Of a stretch of DNA of 64,000 nucleotides, positions 37,856-52,800 are shown in pieces (the stretch's first letter is position 1; each line of letters opens with the position of its first letter). The position numbers and the translations under genes are program-made. Below the pieces are notes generated by a model. It worked only from the letters and a program-made list of their open reading frames with translations. It was not told where the DNA came from and did no database searches. Source of the stretch: Auanema rhodensis (lineage: Eukaryota > Animalia > Nematoda). The stretch is from NCBI GenBank assembly GCA_964057225.1, contig OZ059900.1, forward strand, positions 19,592,001-19,656,000. The letters are read 5' to 3'.

Positions 37856-40800
37856 CTACAACGTCTAGTTCCACTTTCACGACAAAAAAACAGGGGTTAG
37901 AAAATTAAGGAAATTAGCATATTCTGAGGGCACGCCCTTTATGGCTAATATTGATTAAATCGATTTTTGTTCATATGAGTCGTCAAATGCAACGAATTTC
38001 AGCGTGTTACATACTAAAATGAAGCATTTCACATGCTGAACACTAGAAAAATACAAAAACACAGTAATACCCATGAGAAATATTTTATTATGCTGGAAAA
38101 CCAGTTTTTGGAAATTTCGCTGTAAACAAGGTTTTGACTTACGATTTCATGTGTTCAAACTCATGCAATGTCAATGAAACCTAGCTCAAAATTGTTCGTA
38201 CAACGTCTGGTTCCACTTTCACGACAAAAAAACAGGGGTTAGAAAATTAAGGAAATTAGCATATTCTGAGGGCACGCCCCTTATGGCTAATATTGATTAA
38301 ATCGATTTTTGTTCATATGAGTCGTCAAATGCAACGAATTTCAGCGTGTTACATACTAAAATGAAGCATTTCACATGCTGAACACTAGAAAAATACAAAA
38401 ACACAGTATTTCCCATGAGAAATATTTTATTATGCTGGAAAACCAGTTTTTGGAAATTTCGCTGTAAACAAGGTTTTGACTTACGATTTCATGTGTTCAA
38501 ACTCATGCAATGTCAATGAAACCTAGCTCAAAATTGTTCGTACAACGTCTGGTTCCACTTTCACGACTAAAAAAAAACAGGGGTTAGAAAATTAAGGAAA
38601 TTAGCATATTCTGAGGGCACGCCCCTTATGGCTAATATTGATTAAATCGATTTTTGTTCATATGAGTCGTCAAATGCAACGAATTTCAGCGTGTTACATA
38701 CTAAAATGAAGCATTTTACATGCTGAACACTAGAAAAATACAAAAACACAGTATTTCCCATGAGAAATATTTTATTATGCTGGAAAACCAGTTTTTGGAA
38801 ATTTCGCTGTAAACAAGGTTTTGACTTACGATTTCATGTGTTCAAACTCATGCAATGTCAATGAAACCTAGCTCAAAATTGTTCGTACAACGTCTAGTTC
38901 CACTTTCACGACAAAAAAACAGGGGTTAGAAAATTAAGGAAATTAGCATATTCTGAGGGCACGCCCCCTATGGCTAATATTGATTAAATCGATTTTTGTT
39001 CATATGAGTCGTCAAATGCAACGAATTTCAGCGTGTTACATACTAAAATGAAGCATTTTACATGCTGAACACTAGAAAAATACAAAAACACAGTATTTCC
39101 CATGAGAAATATTTTATTATGCTGGAAAACCAGTTTTTGGAAATTTCGCTGTAAACAAGGTTTTGACTTACGATTTCATGTGTTCAAACTCATGCAATGT
39201 CAATGAAACCTAGCTCAAAATTGTTCCTACAACGTCTAGTTCCACTTTCACGACAAAAAAACAGGGGTTAGAAAATTAAGGAAATTAGCATATTCTGAGG
39301 GCACGCCCTTTATGGCTAATATTGATTAAATCGATTTTTGTTCATATGAGTCGTCAAATGCAACGAATTTCAGCGTGTTACATACTAAAATGAAGCATTT
39401 CACATGCTGAACACTAGAAAAATACAAAAACACAGTAATACCCATGAGAAATATTTTATTATGCTGGAAAACCAGTTTTTGGAAATTTCGCTGTAAACAA
39501 GGTTTTGACTTACGATTTCATGTGTTCAAACTCATGCAATGTCAATGAAACCTAGCTCAAAATTGTTTGTACAACGTCTGGTTCCACTTTCACGACTAAA
39601 AAAAAACAGGGGTTAGAAAATTAAGGAAATTAGCATATTCTGAGGGCACGCCCCTTATGGCTAATATTGATTAAATCGATTTTTGTTCATATGAGTCGTC
39701 AAATGCAACGAATTTCAGCGTGTTACATACTAAAATGAAGCATTTTACATGCTGAACACTAGAAAAATACAAAAACACAGTATTTCCCATGAGAAATATT
39801 TTATTATGCTGGAAAACCAGTTTTTGGAAATTTCGCTGTAAACAAGGTTTTGACTTACGATTTCATGTGTTCAAACTCATGCAATGTCAATGAAACCTAG
39901 CTCAAAATTGTTCGTACAACGTCTAGTTCCACTTTCACGACAAAAAAACAGGGGTTAGAAAATTAAGGAAATTAGCATATTCTGAGGGCACGCCCCTTAT
40001 GGCTAATATTGATTAAATCGATTTTTGTTCATATGAGTCGTCAAATGCAACGAATTTCAGCGTGTTACATACTAAAATGAAGCATTTTACATGCTGAACA
40101 CTAGAAAAATACAAAAACACAGTAATACCCATGAGAAATATTTTATTATGCTGGAAAACCAGTTTTTGGAAATTTCGCTGTAAACAAGGTTTTGACTTAC
40201 GATTTCATGTGTTCAAACTCATGCAATGTCAATGAAACCTAGCTCAAAATTGTTAATACAATGTCTAGTTCCACTTTCACGACAAAAAAACAGGGGTTAG
40301 AAAATTAAGGAAATTAGCATATTCTGAGGGCACGCCCTTTATGGCTAATATTGATTAAATCGATTTTTGTTCATATGAGTCGTCAAATGCAACGAATTTC
40401 AGCGTGTTACATACTAAAATGAAGCATTTTACATGCTGAACACTAGAAAAATACAAAAACACAGTTTTTCCCATGAGAAATATTTTATTATGCTGGAAAA
40501 CCAGTTTTTGGAAATTTCGCTGTAAACAAGGTTTTGACTTACGATTTCATGTGTTCAAACTCATGCAATGTCAATGAAACCTAGCTCAAAATTGTTCCTA
40601 CAACGTCTAGTTCCACTTTCACGACAAAAAAACAGGGGTTAGAAAATTAAGGAAATTAGCATATTCTGAGGGCACGCCCTTTATGGCTAATATTGATTAA
40701 ATCGATTTTTGTTCATATGAGTCGTCAAATGCAACGAATTTCAGCGTGTTACATACTAAAATGAAGCATTTTACATGCTGAACACTAGAAAAATACAAAA

Positions 40801-43800
40801 ACACAGTATTTCCCATGAGAAATATTTTATTATGCTGGAAAACCAGTTTTTGGAAATTTCGCTGTAAACAAGGTTTTGACTTACGATTTCATGTGTTCAA
40901 ACTCATGCAATGTCAATGAAACCTAGCTCAAAATTGTTCGTACAACGTCTAGTTCCACTTTCACGACAAAAAAACAGGGGTTAGAAAATTAAGGAAATTA
41001 GCATATTCTGAGGGCACGCCCCCTATGGCTAATATTGATTAAATCGATTTTTGTTCATATGAGTCGTCAAATGCAACGAATTTCAGCGTGTTACATACTA
41101 AAATGAAGCATTTTACATGCTGAACACTAGAAAAATACAAAAACACAGTATTTCCCATGAGAAATATTTTATTATGCTGGAAAACCAGTTTTTGGAAATT
41201 TCGCTGTAAACAAGGTTTTGACTTACGATTTCATGTGTTCAAACTCATGCAATGTCAATGAAACCTAGCTCAAAATTGTTCCTACAACGTCTAGTTCCAC
41301 TTTCACGACAAAAAAACAGGGGTTAGAAAATTAAGGAAATTAGCATATTCTGAGGGCACGCCCTTTATGGCTAATATTGATTAAATCGATTTTTGTTCAT
41401 ATGAGTCGTCAAATGCAACGAATTTCAGCGTGTTACATACTAAAATGAAGCATTTCACATGCTGAACACTAGAAAAATACAAAAACACAGTAATACCCAT
41501 GAGAAATATTTTATTATGCTGGAAAACCAGTTTTTGGAAATTTCGCTGTAAACAAGGTTTTGACTTACGATTTCATGTGTTCAAACTCATGCAATGTCAA
41601 TGAAACCTAGCTCAAAATTGTTCGTACAACGTCTGGTTCCACTTTCACGACAAAAAAACAGGGGTTAGAAAATTAAGGAAATTAGCATATTCTGAGGGCA
41701 CGCCCCTTATGGCTAATATTGATTAAATCGATTTTTGTTCATATGAGTCGTCAAATGCAACGAATTTCAGCGTGTTACATACTAAAATGAAGCATTTCAC
41801 ATGCTGAACACTAGAAAAATACAAAAACACAGTATTTCCCATGAGAAATATTTTATTATGCTGGAAAACCAGTTTTTGGAAATTTCGCTGTAAACAAGGT
41901 TTTGACTTACGATTTCATGTGTTCAAACTCATGCAATGTCAATGAAACCTAGCTCAAAATTGTTCGTACAACGTCTAGTTCCACTTTCACGACAAAAAAA
42001 CAGGGGTTAGAAAATTAAGGAAATTAGCATATTCTGAGGGCACGCCCCTTATGGCTAATATTGATTAAATCGATTTTTGTTCATATGAGTCGTCAAATGC
42101 AACGAATTTCAGCGTGTTACATACTAAAATGAAGCATTTTACATGCTGAACACTAGAAAAATACAAAAACACAGTATTTCCCATGAGAAATATTTTATTA
42201 TGCTGGAAAACCAGTTTTTGGAAATTTCGCTGTAAACAAGGTTTTGACTTACGATTTCATGTGTTCAAACTCATGCAATGTCAATGAAACCTAGCTCAAA
42301 ATTGTTCCTACAACGTCTAGTTCCACTTTCACGACAAAAAAACAGGGGTTAGAAAATTAAGGAAATTAGCATATTCTGAGGGCACGCCCTTTATGGCTAA
42401 TATTGATTAAATCGATTTTTGTTCATATGAGTCGTCAAATGCAACGAATTTCAGCGTGTTACATACTAAAATGAAGCATTTCACATGCTGAACACTAGAA
42501 AAATACAAAAACACAGTAATACCCATGAGAAATATTTTATTATGCTGGAAAACCAGTTTTTGGAAATTTCGCTGTAAACAAGGTTTTGACTTACGATTCC
42601 ATGTGTTCAAACTCATGCAATGTCAATGAAACCTAGCTCAAAATTGTTCGTACAACGTCTGGTTCCACTTTCACGACAAAAAAACAGGGGTTAGAAAATT
42701 AAGGAAATTAGCATATTCTGAGGGCACGCCCCTTATGGCTAATATTGATTAAATCGATTTTTGTTCATATGAGTCGTCAAATGCAACGAATTTCAGCGTG
42801 TTACATACTAAAATGAAGCATTTTACATGCTGAACACTAGAAAAATACAAAAACACAGTATTTCCCATGAGAAATATTTTATTATGCTGGAAAACCAGTT
42901 TTTGGAAATTTCGCTGTAAACAAGGTTTTGACTTACGATTTCATGTGTTCAAACTCATGCAATGTCAATGAAACCTAGCTCAAAATTGTTCGTACAACGT
43001 CTAGTTCCACTTTCACGACAAAAAAACAGGGGTTAGAAAATTAAGGAAATTAGCATATTCTGAGGGCACGCCCCTTATGGCTAATATTGATTAAATCGAT
43101 TTTTGTTCATATGAGTCGTCAAATGCAACGAATTTCAGCGTGTTACATACTAAAATGAAGCATTTCACATGCTGAACACTAGAAAAATACAAAAACACAG
43201 TATTTCCCATGAGAAATATTTTATTATGCTGGAAAACCAGTTTTTGGAAATTTCGCTGTAAACAAGGTTTTGACTTACGATTTCATGTGTTCAAACTCAT
43301 GCAATGTCAATGAAACCTAGCTCAAAATTGTTCGTACAACGTCTGGTTCCACTTTCACGACTAAAAAAAAACAGGGGTTAGAAAATTAAGGAAATTAGCA
43401 TATTCTGAGGGCACGCCCCTTATGGCTAATATTGATTAAATCGATTTTTGTTCATATGAGTCGTCAAATGCAACGAATTTCAGCGTGTTACATACTAAAA
43501 TGAAGCATTTTACATGCTGAACACTAGAAAAATACAAAAACACAGTATTTCCCATGAGAAATATTTTATTATGCTGGAAAACCAGTTTTTGGAAATTTCG
43601 CTGTAAACAAGGTTTTGACTTACGATTTCATGTGTTCAAACTCATGCAATGTCAATGAAACCTAGCTCAAAATTGTTCGTACAACGTCTAGTTCCACTTT
43701 CACGACAAAAAAACAGGGGTTAGAAAATTAAGGAAATTAGCATATTCTGAGGGCACGCCCCCTATGGCTAATATTGATTAAATCGATTTTTGTTCATATG

Positions 43801-46800
43801 AGTCGTCAAATGCAACGAATTTCAGCGTGTTACATACTAAAATGAAGCATTTTACATGCTGAACACTAGAAAAATACAAAAACACAGTATTTCCCATGAG
43901 AAATATTTTATTATGCTGGAAAACCAGTTTTTGGAAATTTCGCTGTAAACAAGGTTTTGACTTACGATTTCATGTGTTCAAACTCATGCAATGTCAATGA
44001 AACCTAGCTCAAAATTGTTCCTACAACGTCTAGTTCCACTTTCACGACAAAAAAACAGGGGTTAGAAAATTAAGGAAATTAGCATATTCTGAGGGCACGC
44101 CCTTTATGGCTAATATTGATTAAATCGATTTTTGTTCATATGAGTCGTCAAATGCAACGAATTTCAGCGTGTTACATACTAAAATGAAGCATTTCACATG
44201 CTGAACACTAGAAAAATACAAAAACACAGTAATACCCATGAGAAATATTTTATTATGCTGGAAAACCAGTTTTTGGAAATTTCGCTGTAAACAAGGTTTT
44301 GACTTACGATTTCATGTGTTCAAACTCATGCAATGTCAATGAAACCTAGCTCAAAATTGTTCGTACAACGTCTGGTTCCACTTTCACGACAAAAAAACAG
44401 GGGTTAGAAAATTAAGGAAATTAGCATATTCTGAGGGCACGCCCCTTATGGCTAATATTGATTAAATCGATTTTTGTTCATATGAGTCGTCAAATGCAAC
44501 GAATTTCAGCGTGTTACATACTAAAATGAAGCATTTCACATGCTGAACACTAGAAAAATACAAAAACACAGTATTTCCCATGAGAAATATTTTATTATGC
44601 TGGAAAACCAGTTTTTGGAAATTTCGCTGTAAACAAGGTTTTGACTTACGATTTCATGTGTTCAAACTCATGCAATGTCAATGAAACCTAGCTCAAAATT
44701 GTTCGTACAACGTCTAGTTCCACTTTCACGACAAAAAAACAGGGGTTAGAAAATTAAGGAAATTAGCATATTCTGAGGGCACGCCCCTTATGGCTAATAT
44801 TGATTAAATCGATTTTTGTTCATATGAGTCGTCAAATGCAACGAATTTCAGCGTGTTACATACTAAAATGAAGCATTTTACATGCTGAACACTAGAAAAA
44901 TACAAAAACACAGTATTTCCCATGAGAAATATTTTATTATGCTGGAAAACCAGTTTTTGGAAATTTCGCTGTAAACAAGGTTTTGACTTACGATTTCATG
45001 TGTTCAAACTCATGCAATGTCAATGAAACCTAGCTCAAAATTGTTCCTACAACGTCTAGTTCCACTTTCCCGACAAAAAAACAGGGGTTAGAAAATTAAG
45101 GAAATTAGCATATTCTGAGGGCACGCCCTTTATGGCTAATATTGATTAAATCGATTTTTGTTCATATGAGTCGTCAAATGCAACGAATTTCAGCGTGTTA
45201 CATACTAAAATGAAGCATTTCACATGCTGAACACTAGAAAAATACAAAAACACAGTAATACCCATGAGAAATATTTTATTATGCTGGAAAACCAGTTTTT
45301 GGAAATTTCGCTGTAAACAAGGTTTTGACTTACGATTTCATGTGTTCAAACTCATGCAATGTCAATGAAACCTAGCTCAAAATTGTTCGTACAACGTCTG
45401 GTTCCACTTTCACGACAAAAAAACAGGGGTTAGAAAATTAAGGAAATTAGCATATTCTGAGGGCACGCCCCTTATGGCTAATATTGATTAAATCGATTTT
45501 TGTTCATATGAGTCGTCAAATGCAACGAATTTCAGCGTGTTACATACTAAAATGAAGCATTTTACATGCTGAACACTAGAAAAATACAAAAACACAGTAT
45601 TTCCCATGAGAAATATTTTATTATGCTGGAAAACCAGTTTTTGGAAATTTCGCTGTAAACAAGGTTTTGACTTACGATTTCATGTGTTCAAACTCATGCA
45701 ATGTCAATGAAACCTAGCTCAAAATTGTTCGTACAACGTCTAGTTCCACTTTCACGACAAAAAAACAGGGGTTAGAAAATTAAGGAAATTAGCATATTCT
45801 GAGGGCACGCTCCTTATGGCTAATATTGATTAAATCGATTTTTGTTCATATGAGTCGTCAAATGCAACGAATTTCAGCGTGTTACATACTAAAATGAAGC
45901 ATTTTACATGCTGAACACTAGAAAAATACAAAAACACAGTAATACCCATGAGAAATATTTTATTATGCTGGAAAACCAGTTTTTGGAAATTTCGCTGTAA
46001 ACAAGGTTTTGACTTACGATTTCATGTGTTCAAACTCATGCAATGTCAATGAAACCTAGCTCAAAATTGTTAATACAATGTCTAGTTCCACTTTCACGAC
46101 AAAAAAACAGGGGTTAGAAAATTAAGGAAATTAGCATATTCTGAGGGCACGCCCTTTATGGCTAATATTGATTAAATCGATTTTTGTTCATATGAGTCGT
46201 CAAATGCAACGAATTTCAGCGTGTTACATACTAAAATGAAGCATTTTACATGCTGAACACTAGAAAAATACAAAAACACAGTATTTCCCATGAGAAATAT
46301 TTTATTATGCTGGAAAACCAGTTTTTGGAAATTTCGCTGTAAACAAGGTTTTGACTTACGATTTCATGTGTTCAAACTCATGCAATGTCAATGAAACCTA
46401 GCTCAAAATTGTTCGTACAACGTCTAGTTCCACTTTCACGACTAAAAAACAGGGGTTAGAAAATTAAGGAAATTAGCATATTCTGAGGGCACGCCCCTTA
46501 TGGCTAATATTGATTAAATCGATTTTTGTTCATATGAGTCGTCAAATGCAACAAATTTCAGCGTGTTACATACTAAAATGAAGCATTTCACATGCTGAAC
46601 ACTAGAAAAATACAAAAACACAGTATTTCCCATGAGAAATATTTTATTATGCTGGAAAACCAGTTTTTGGAAATTTCGCTGTAAACAAGGTTTTGACTTA
46701 CGATTTCATGTGTTCAAACTCATGCAATGTCAATGAAACCTAGCTCAAAATTGTTCGTACAACGTCTGGTTCCACTTTCACGACTAAAAAAAAACAGGGG

Positions 46801-49800
46801 TTAGAAAATTAAGGAAATTAGCATATTCTGAGGGCACGCCCCTTATGGCTAATATTGATTAAATCGATTTTTGTTCATATGAGTCGTCAAATGCAACGAA
46901 TTTCAGCGTGTTACATACTAAAATGAAGCATTTTACATGCTGAACACTAGAAAAATACAAAAACACAGTATTTCCCATGAGAAATATTTTATTATGCTGG
47001 AAAACCAGTTTTTGGAAATTTCGCTGTAAACAAGGTTTTGACTTACGATTTCATGTGTTCAAACTCATGCAATGTCAATGAAACCTAGCTCAAAATTGTT
47101 CGTACAACGTCTAGTTCCACTTTCACGACAAAAAAACAGGGGTTAGAAAATTAAGGAAATTAGCATATTCTGAGGGCACGCCCCTTATGGCTAATATTGA
47201 TTAAATCGATTTTTGTTCATATGAGTCGTCAAATGCAACGAATTTCAGCGTGTTACATACTAAAATGAAGCATTTTACATGCTGAACACTAGAAAAATAC
47301 AAAAACACAGTATTTCCCATGAGAAATATTTTATTATGCTGGAAAACCAGTTTTTGGAAATTTCGCTGTAAACAAGGTTTTGACTTACGATTTCATGTGT
47401 TCAAACTCATGCAATGTCAATGAAACCTAGCTCAAAATTGTTCGTACAACGTCTAGTTCCACTTTCACTACTAAAAAACAGGGGTTAGAAAATTAAGGAA
47501 ATTAGCATATTCTGAGGGCACGCCCCTTATGGCTAATATTGATTAAATCGATTTTTGTTCATATGAGTCGTCAAATGCAACGAATTTCAGCGTGTTACAT
47601 ACTAAAATGAAGCATTTCACATGCTGAACACTAGAAAAATACAAAAACACAGTATTTCCCATGAGAAATATTTTATTATGCTGGAAAACCAGTTTTTGGA
47701 AATTTCGCTGTAAACAAGGTTTTGACTTACGATTTCATGTGTTCAAACTCATGCAATGTCAATGAAACCTAGCTCAAAATTGTTCGTACAACGTCTGGTT
47801 CCACTTTCACGACTAAAAAAAAACAGGGGTTAGAAAATTAAGGAAATTAGCATATTCTGAGGGCACGCCCCTTATGGCTAATATTGATTAAATCGATTTT
47901 TGTTCATATGAGTCGTCAAATGCAACGAATTTCAGCGTGTTACATACTAAAATGAAGCATTTTACATGCTGAACACTAGAAAAATACAAAAACACAGTAT
48001 TTCCCATGAGAAATATTTTATTATGCTGGAAAACCAGTTTTTGGAAATTTCGCTGTAAACAAGGTTTTGACTTACGATTTCATGTGTTCAAACTCATGCA
48101 ATGTCAATGAAACCTAGCTCAAAATTGTTCGTACAACGTCTAGTTCCACTTTCACGACAAAAAAACAGGGGTTAGAAAATTAAGGAAATTAGCATATTCT
48201 GAGGGCACGCCCCTTATGGCTAATATTGATTAAATCGATTTTTGTTCATATGAGTCGTCAAATGCAACGAATTTCAGCGTGTTACATACTAAAATGAAGC
48301 ATTTTACATGCTGAACACTAGAAAAATACAAAAACACAGTAATACCCATGAGAAATATTTTATTATGCTGGAAAACCAGTTTTTGGAAATTTCGCTGTAA
48401 ACAAGGATTTGACTTACGATTTCATGTGTTCAAACTCATGCAATGTCAATGAAACCTAGCTCAAAATTGTTAATACAATGTCTAGTTCCACTTTCACGAC
48501 AAAAAAACAGGGGTTAGAAAATTAAGGAAATTAGCATATTCTGAGGGCACGCCCTTTATGGCTAATATTGATTAAATCGATTTTTGTTCATATGAGTCGT
48601 CAAATGCAACGAATTTCAGCGTGTTACATACTAAAATGAAGCATTTTACATGCTGAACACTAGAAAAATACAAAAACACAGTATTTCCCATGAGAAATAT
48701 TTTATTATGCTGGAAAACCAGTTTTTGGAAATTTCGCTGTAAACAAGGTTTTGACTTACGATTTCATGTGTTCAAACTCATGCAATGTCAATGAAACCTA
48801 GCTCAAAAATGTTCGTACAACGTCTAGTTCCACTTTCACGACTAAAAAACAGGGGTTAGAAAATTAAGGAAATTAGCATATTCTGAGGGCACGCCCCTTA
48901 TGGCTAATATTGATTAAATCGATTTTTGTTCATATGAGTCGTCAAATGCAACGAATTTCAGCGTGTTACATACTAAAATGAAGCATTTTACATGCTGAAC
49001 ACTAGAAAAATACAAAAACACAGTATTTCCCATGAGAAATATTTTATTATGCTGGAAAACCAGTTTTTGGAAATTTCGCTGTAAACAAGGTTTTGACTTA
49101 CGATTTCATGTGTTCAAACTCATGCAATGTCAATGAAACCTAGCTCAAAATTGTTCGTACAACGTCTAGTTCCACTTTCACGACAAAAAAACAGGGGTTA
49201 GAAAATTAAGGAAATTAGCATATTCTGAGGGCACGCCCCTTATGGCTAATATTGATTAAATCGATTTTTGTTCATATGAGTCGTCAAATGCAACGAATTT
49301 CAGCGTGTTACATACTAAAATGAAGCATTTTACATGCTGAACACTAGAAAAATACAAAAACACAGTAATACCCATGAGAAATATTTTATTATGCTGGAAA
49401 ACCAGTTTTTGGAAATTTCGCTGTAAACAAGGTTTTGACTTACGATTTCATGTGTTCAAACTCATGCAATGTCAATGAAACCTAGCTCAAAATTGTTAAT
49501 ACAATGTCTAGTTCCACTTTCACGACAAAAAAACAGGGGTTAGAAAATTAAGGAAATTAGCATATTCTGAGGGCACGCCCTTTATGGCTAATATTGATTA
49601 AATCGATTTTTGTTCATATGAGTCGTCAAATGCAACGAATTTCAGCGTGTTACATACTAAAATGAAGCATTTTACATGCTGAACACTAGAAAAATACAAA
49701 AACACAGTATTTCCCATGAGAAATATTTTATTATGCTGGAAAACCAGTTTTTGGAAATTTCGCTGTAAACAAGGTTTTGACTTACGATTTCATGTGTTCA

Positions 49801-52800
49801 AACTCATGCAATGTCAATGAAACCTAGCTCAAAATTGTTTGTACAACGTCTAGTTCCACTTTCACGACTAAAAAACAGGGGTTAGAAAATTAAGGAAATT
49901 AGCATATTCTGAGGGCACGCCCCTTATGGCTAATATTGATTAAATCGATTTTTGTTCATATGAGTCGTCAAATGCAACGAATTTCAGCGTGTTACATACT
50001 AAAATGAAGCATTTCACATGCTGAACACTAGAAAAATACAAAAACACAGTATTTCCCATGAGAAATATTTTATTATGCTGGAAAACCAGTTTTTGGAAAT
50101 TTCGCTGTAAACAAGGTTTTGACTTACGATTTCATGTGTTCAAACTCATGCAATGTCAATGAAACCTAGCTCAAAATTGTTCGTACAACGTCTGGTTCCA
50201 CTTTCACGACAAAAAAACAGGGGTTAGAAAATTAAGGAAATTAGCATATTCTGAGGGCACGCCCCTTATGGCTAATATTGATTAAATCGATTTTTGTTCA
50301 TATGAGTCGTCAAATGCAACGAATTTCAGCGTGTTACATACTAAAATGAAGCATTTTACATGCTGAACACTAGAAAAATACAAAAACACAGTATTTCCCA
50401 TGAGAAATATTTTATTATGCTGGAAAACCAGTTTTTGGAAATTTCGCTGTAAACAAGGTTTTGACTTACGATTTCATGTGTTCAAACTCATGCAATGTCA
50501 ATGAAACCTAGCTCAAAATTGTTCGTACAACGTCTAGTTCCACTTTCACGACAAAAAAACAGGGGTTAGAAAATTAAGGAAATTAGCATATTCTGAGGGC
50601 ACGCCCCTTATGGCTAATATTGATTAAATCGATTTTTGTTCATATGAGTCGTCAAATGCAACGAATTTCAGCGTGTTACATACTAAAATGAAGCATTTTA
50701 CATGCTGAACACTAGAAAAATACAAAAACACAGTAATACCCATGAGAAATATTTTATTATGCTGGAAAACCAGTTTTTGGAAATTTCGCTGTAAACAAGG
50801 TTTTGACTTACGATTTCATGTGTTCAAACTCATGCAATGTCAATGAAACCTAGCTCAAAATTGTTCGTACAACGTCTGGTTCCACTTTCACGACAAAAAA
50901 ACAGGGGTTAGAAAATTAAGGAAATTAGCATATTCTGAGGGCACGCCCCTTATGGCTAATATTGATTAAATCGATTTTTGTTCATATGAGTCGTCAAATG
51001 CAACGAATTTCAGCGTGTTACATACTAAAATGAAGCATTTTACATGCTGAACACTAGAAAAATACAAAAACACAGTATTTCCCATGAGAAATATTTTATT
51101 ATGCTGGAAAACCAGTTTTTGGAAATTTCGCTGTAAACAAGGTTTTGACTTACGATTTCATGTGTTCAAACTCATGCAATGTCAATGAAACCTAGCTCAA
51201 AATTGTTCGTACAACGTCTAGTTCCACTTTCACGACAAAAAAACAGGGGTTAGAAAATTAAGGAAATTAGCATATTCTGAGGGCACGCCCCTTATGGCTA
51301 ATATTGATTAAATCGATTTTTGTTCATATGAGTCGTCAAATGCAACGAATTTCAGCGTGTTACATACTAAAATGAAGCATTTTACATGCTGAACACTAGA
51401 AAAATACAAAAACACAGTAATACCCATGAGAAATATTTTATTATGCTGGAAAACCAGTTTTTGGAAATTTCGCTGTAAACAAGGTTTTGACTTACGATTT
51501 CATGTGTTCAAACTCATGCAATGTCAATGAAACCTAGCTCAAAATTGTTAATACAATGTCTAGTTCCACTTTCACGACAAAAAAACAGGGGTTAGAAAAT
51601 TAAGGAAATTAGCATATTCTGAGGGCACGCCCTTTATGGCTAATATTGATTAAATCGATTTTTGTTCATATGAGTCGTCAAATGCAACGAATTTCAGCGT
51701 GTTACATACTAAAATGAAGCATTTTACATGCTGAACACTAGAAAAATACAAAAACACAGTATTTCCCATGAGAAATATTTTATTATGCTGGAAAACCAGT
51801 TTTTGGAAATTTCGCTGTAAACAAGGTTTTGACTTACGATTTCATGTGTTCAAACTCATGCAATGTCAATGAAACCTAGCTCAAAATTGTTCGTACAACG
51901 TCTAGTTCCACTTTCACGACTAAAAAACAGGGGTTAGAAAATTAAGGAAATTAGCATATTCTGAGGGCACGCCCCTTATGGCTAATATTGATTAAATCGA
52001 TTTTTGTTCATATGAGTCGTCAAATGCAACGAATTTCAGCGTGTTACATACTAAAATGAAGCATTTTACATGCTGAACACTAGAAAAATACAAAAACACA
52101 GTATTTCCCATGAGAAATATTTTATTATGCTGGAAAACCAGTTTTTGGAAATTTCGCTGTAAACAAGGTTTTGACTTACGATTTCATGTGTTCAAACTCA
52201 TGCAATGTCAATGAAACCTAGCTCAAAATTGTTCGTACAACGTCTAGTTCCACTTTCACGACAAAAAAACAGGGGTTAGAAAATTAAGGAAATTAGCATA
52301 TTCTGAGGGCACGCCCCTTATGGCTAATATTGATTAAATCGATTTTTGTTCATATGAGTCGTCAAATGCAACGAATTTCAGCGTGTTACATACTAAAATG
52401 AAGCATTTTACATGCTGAACACTAGAAAAATACAAAAACACAGTAATACCCATGAGAAATATTTTATTATGCTGGAAAACCAGTTTTTGGAAATTTCGCT
52501 GTAAACAAGGTTTTGACTTACGATTTCATGTGTTCAAACTCATGCAATGTCAATGAAACCTAGCTCAAAATTGTTAATACAATGTCTAGTTCCACTTTCA
52601 CGACAAAAAAACAGGGGTTAGAAAATTAAGGAAATTAGCATATTCTGAGGGCACGCCCTTTATGGCTAATATTGATTAAATCGATTTTTGTTCATATGAG
52701 TCGTCAAATGCAACGAATTTCAGCGTGTTACATACTAAAATGAAGCATTTTACATGCTGAACACTAGAAAAATACAAAAACACAGTATTTCCCATGAGAA

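Noticed and set aside
42407-42616. 69-aa ORF on -
   Set aside because: It is the same frame of the monomer, extended by a private TGA>TGG change at 42599. This is a chance read-through among ~187 copies.
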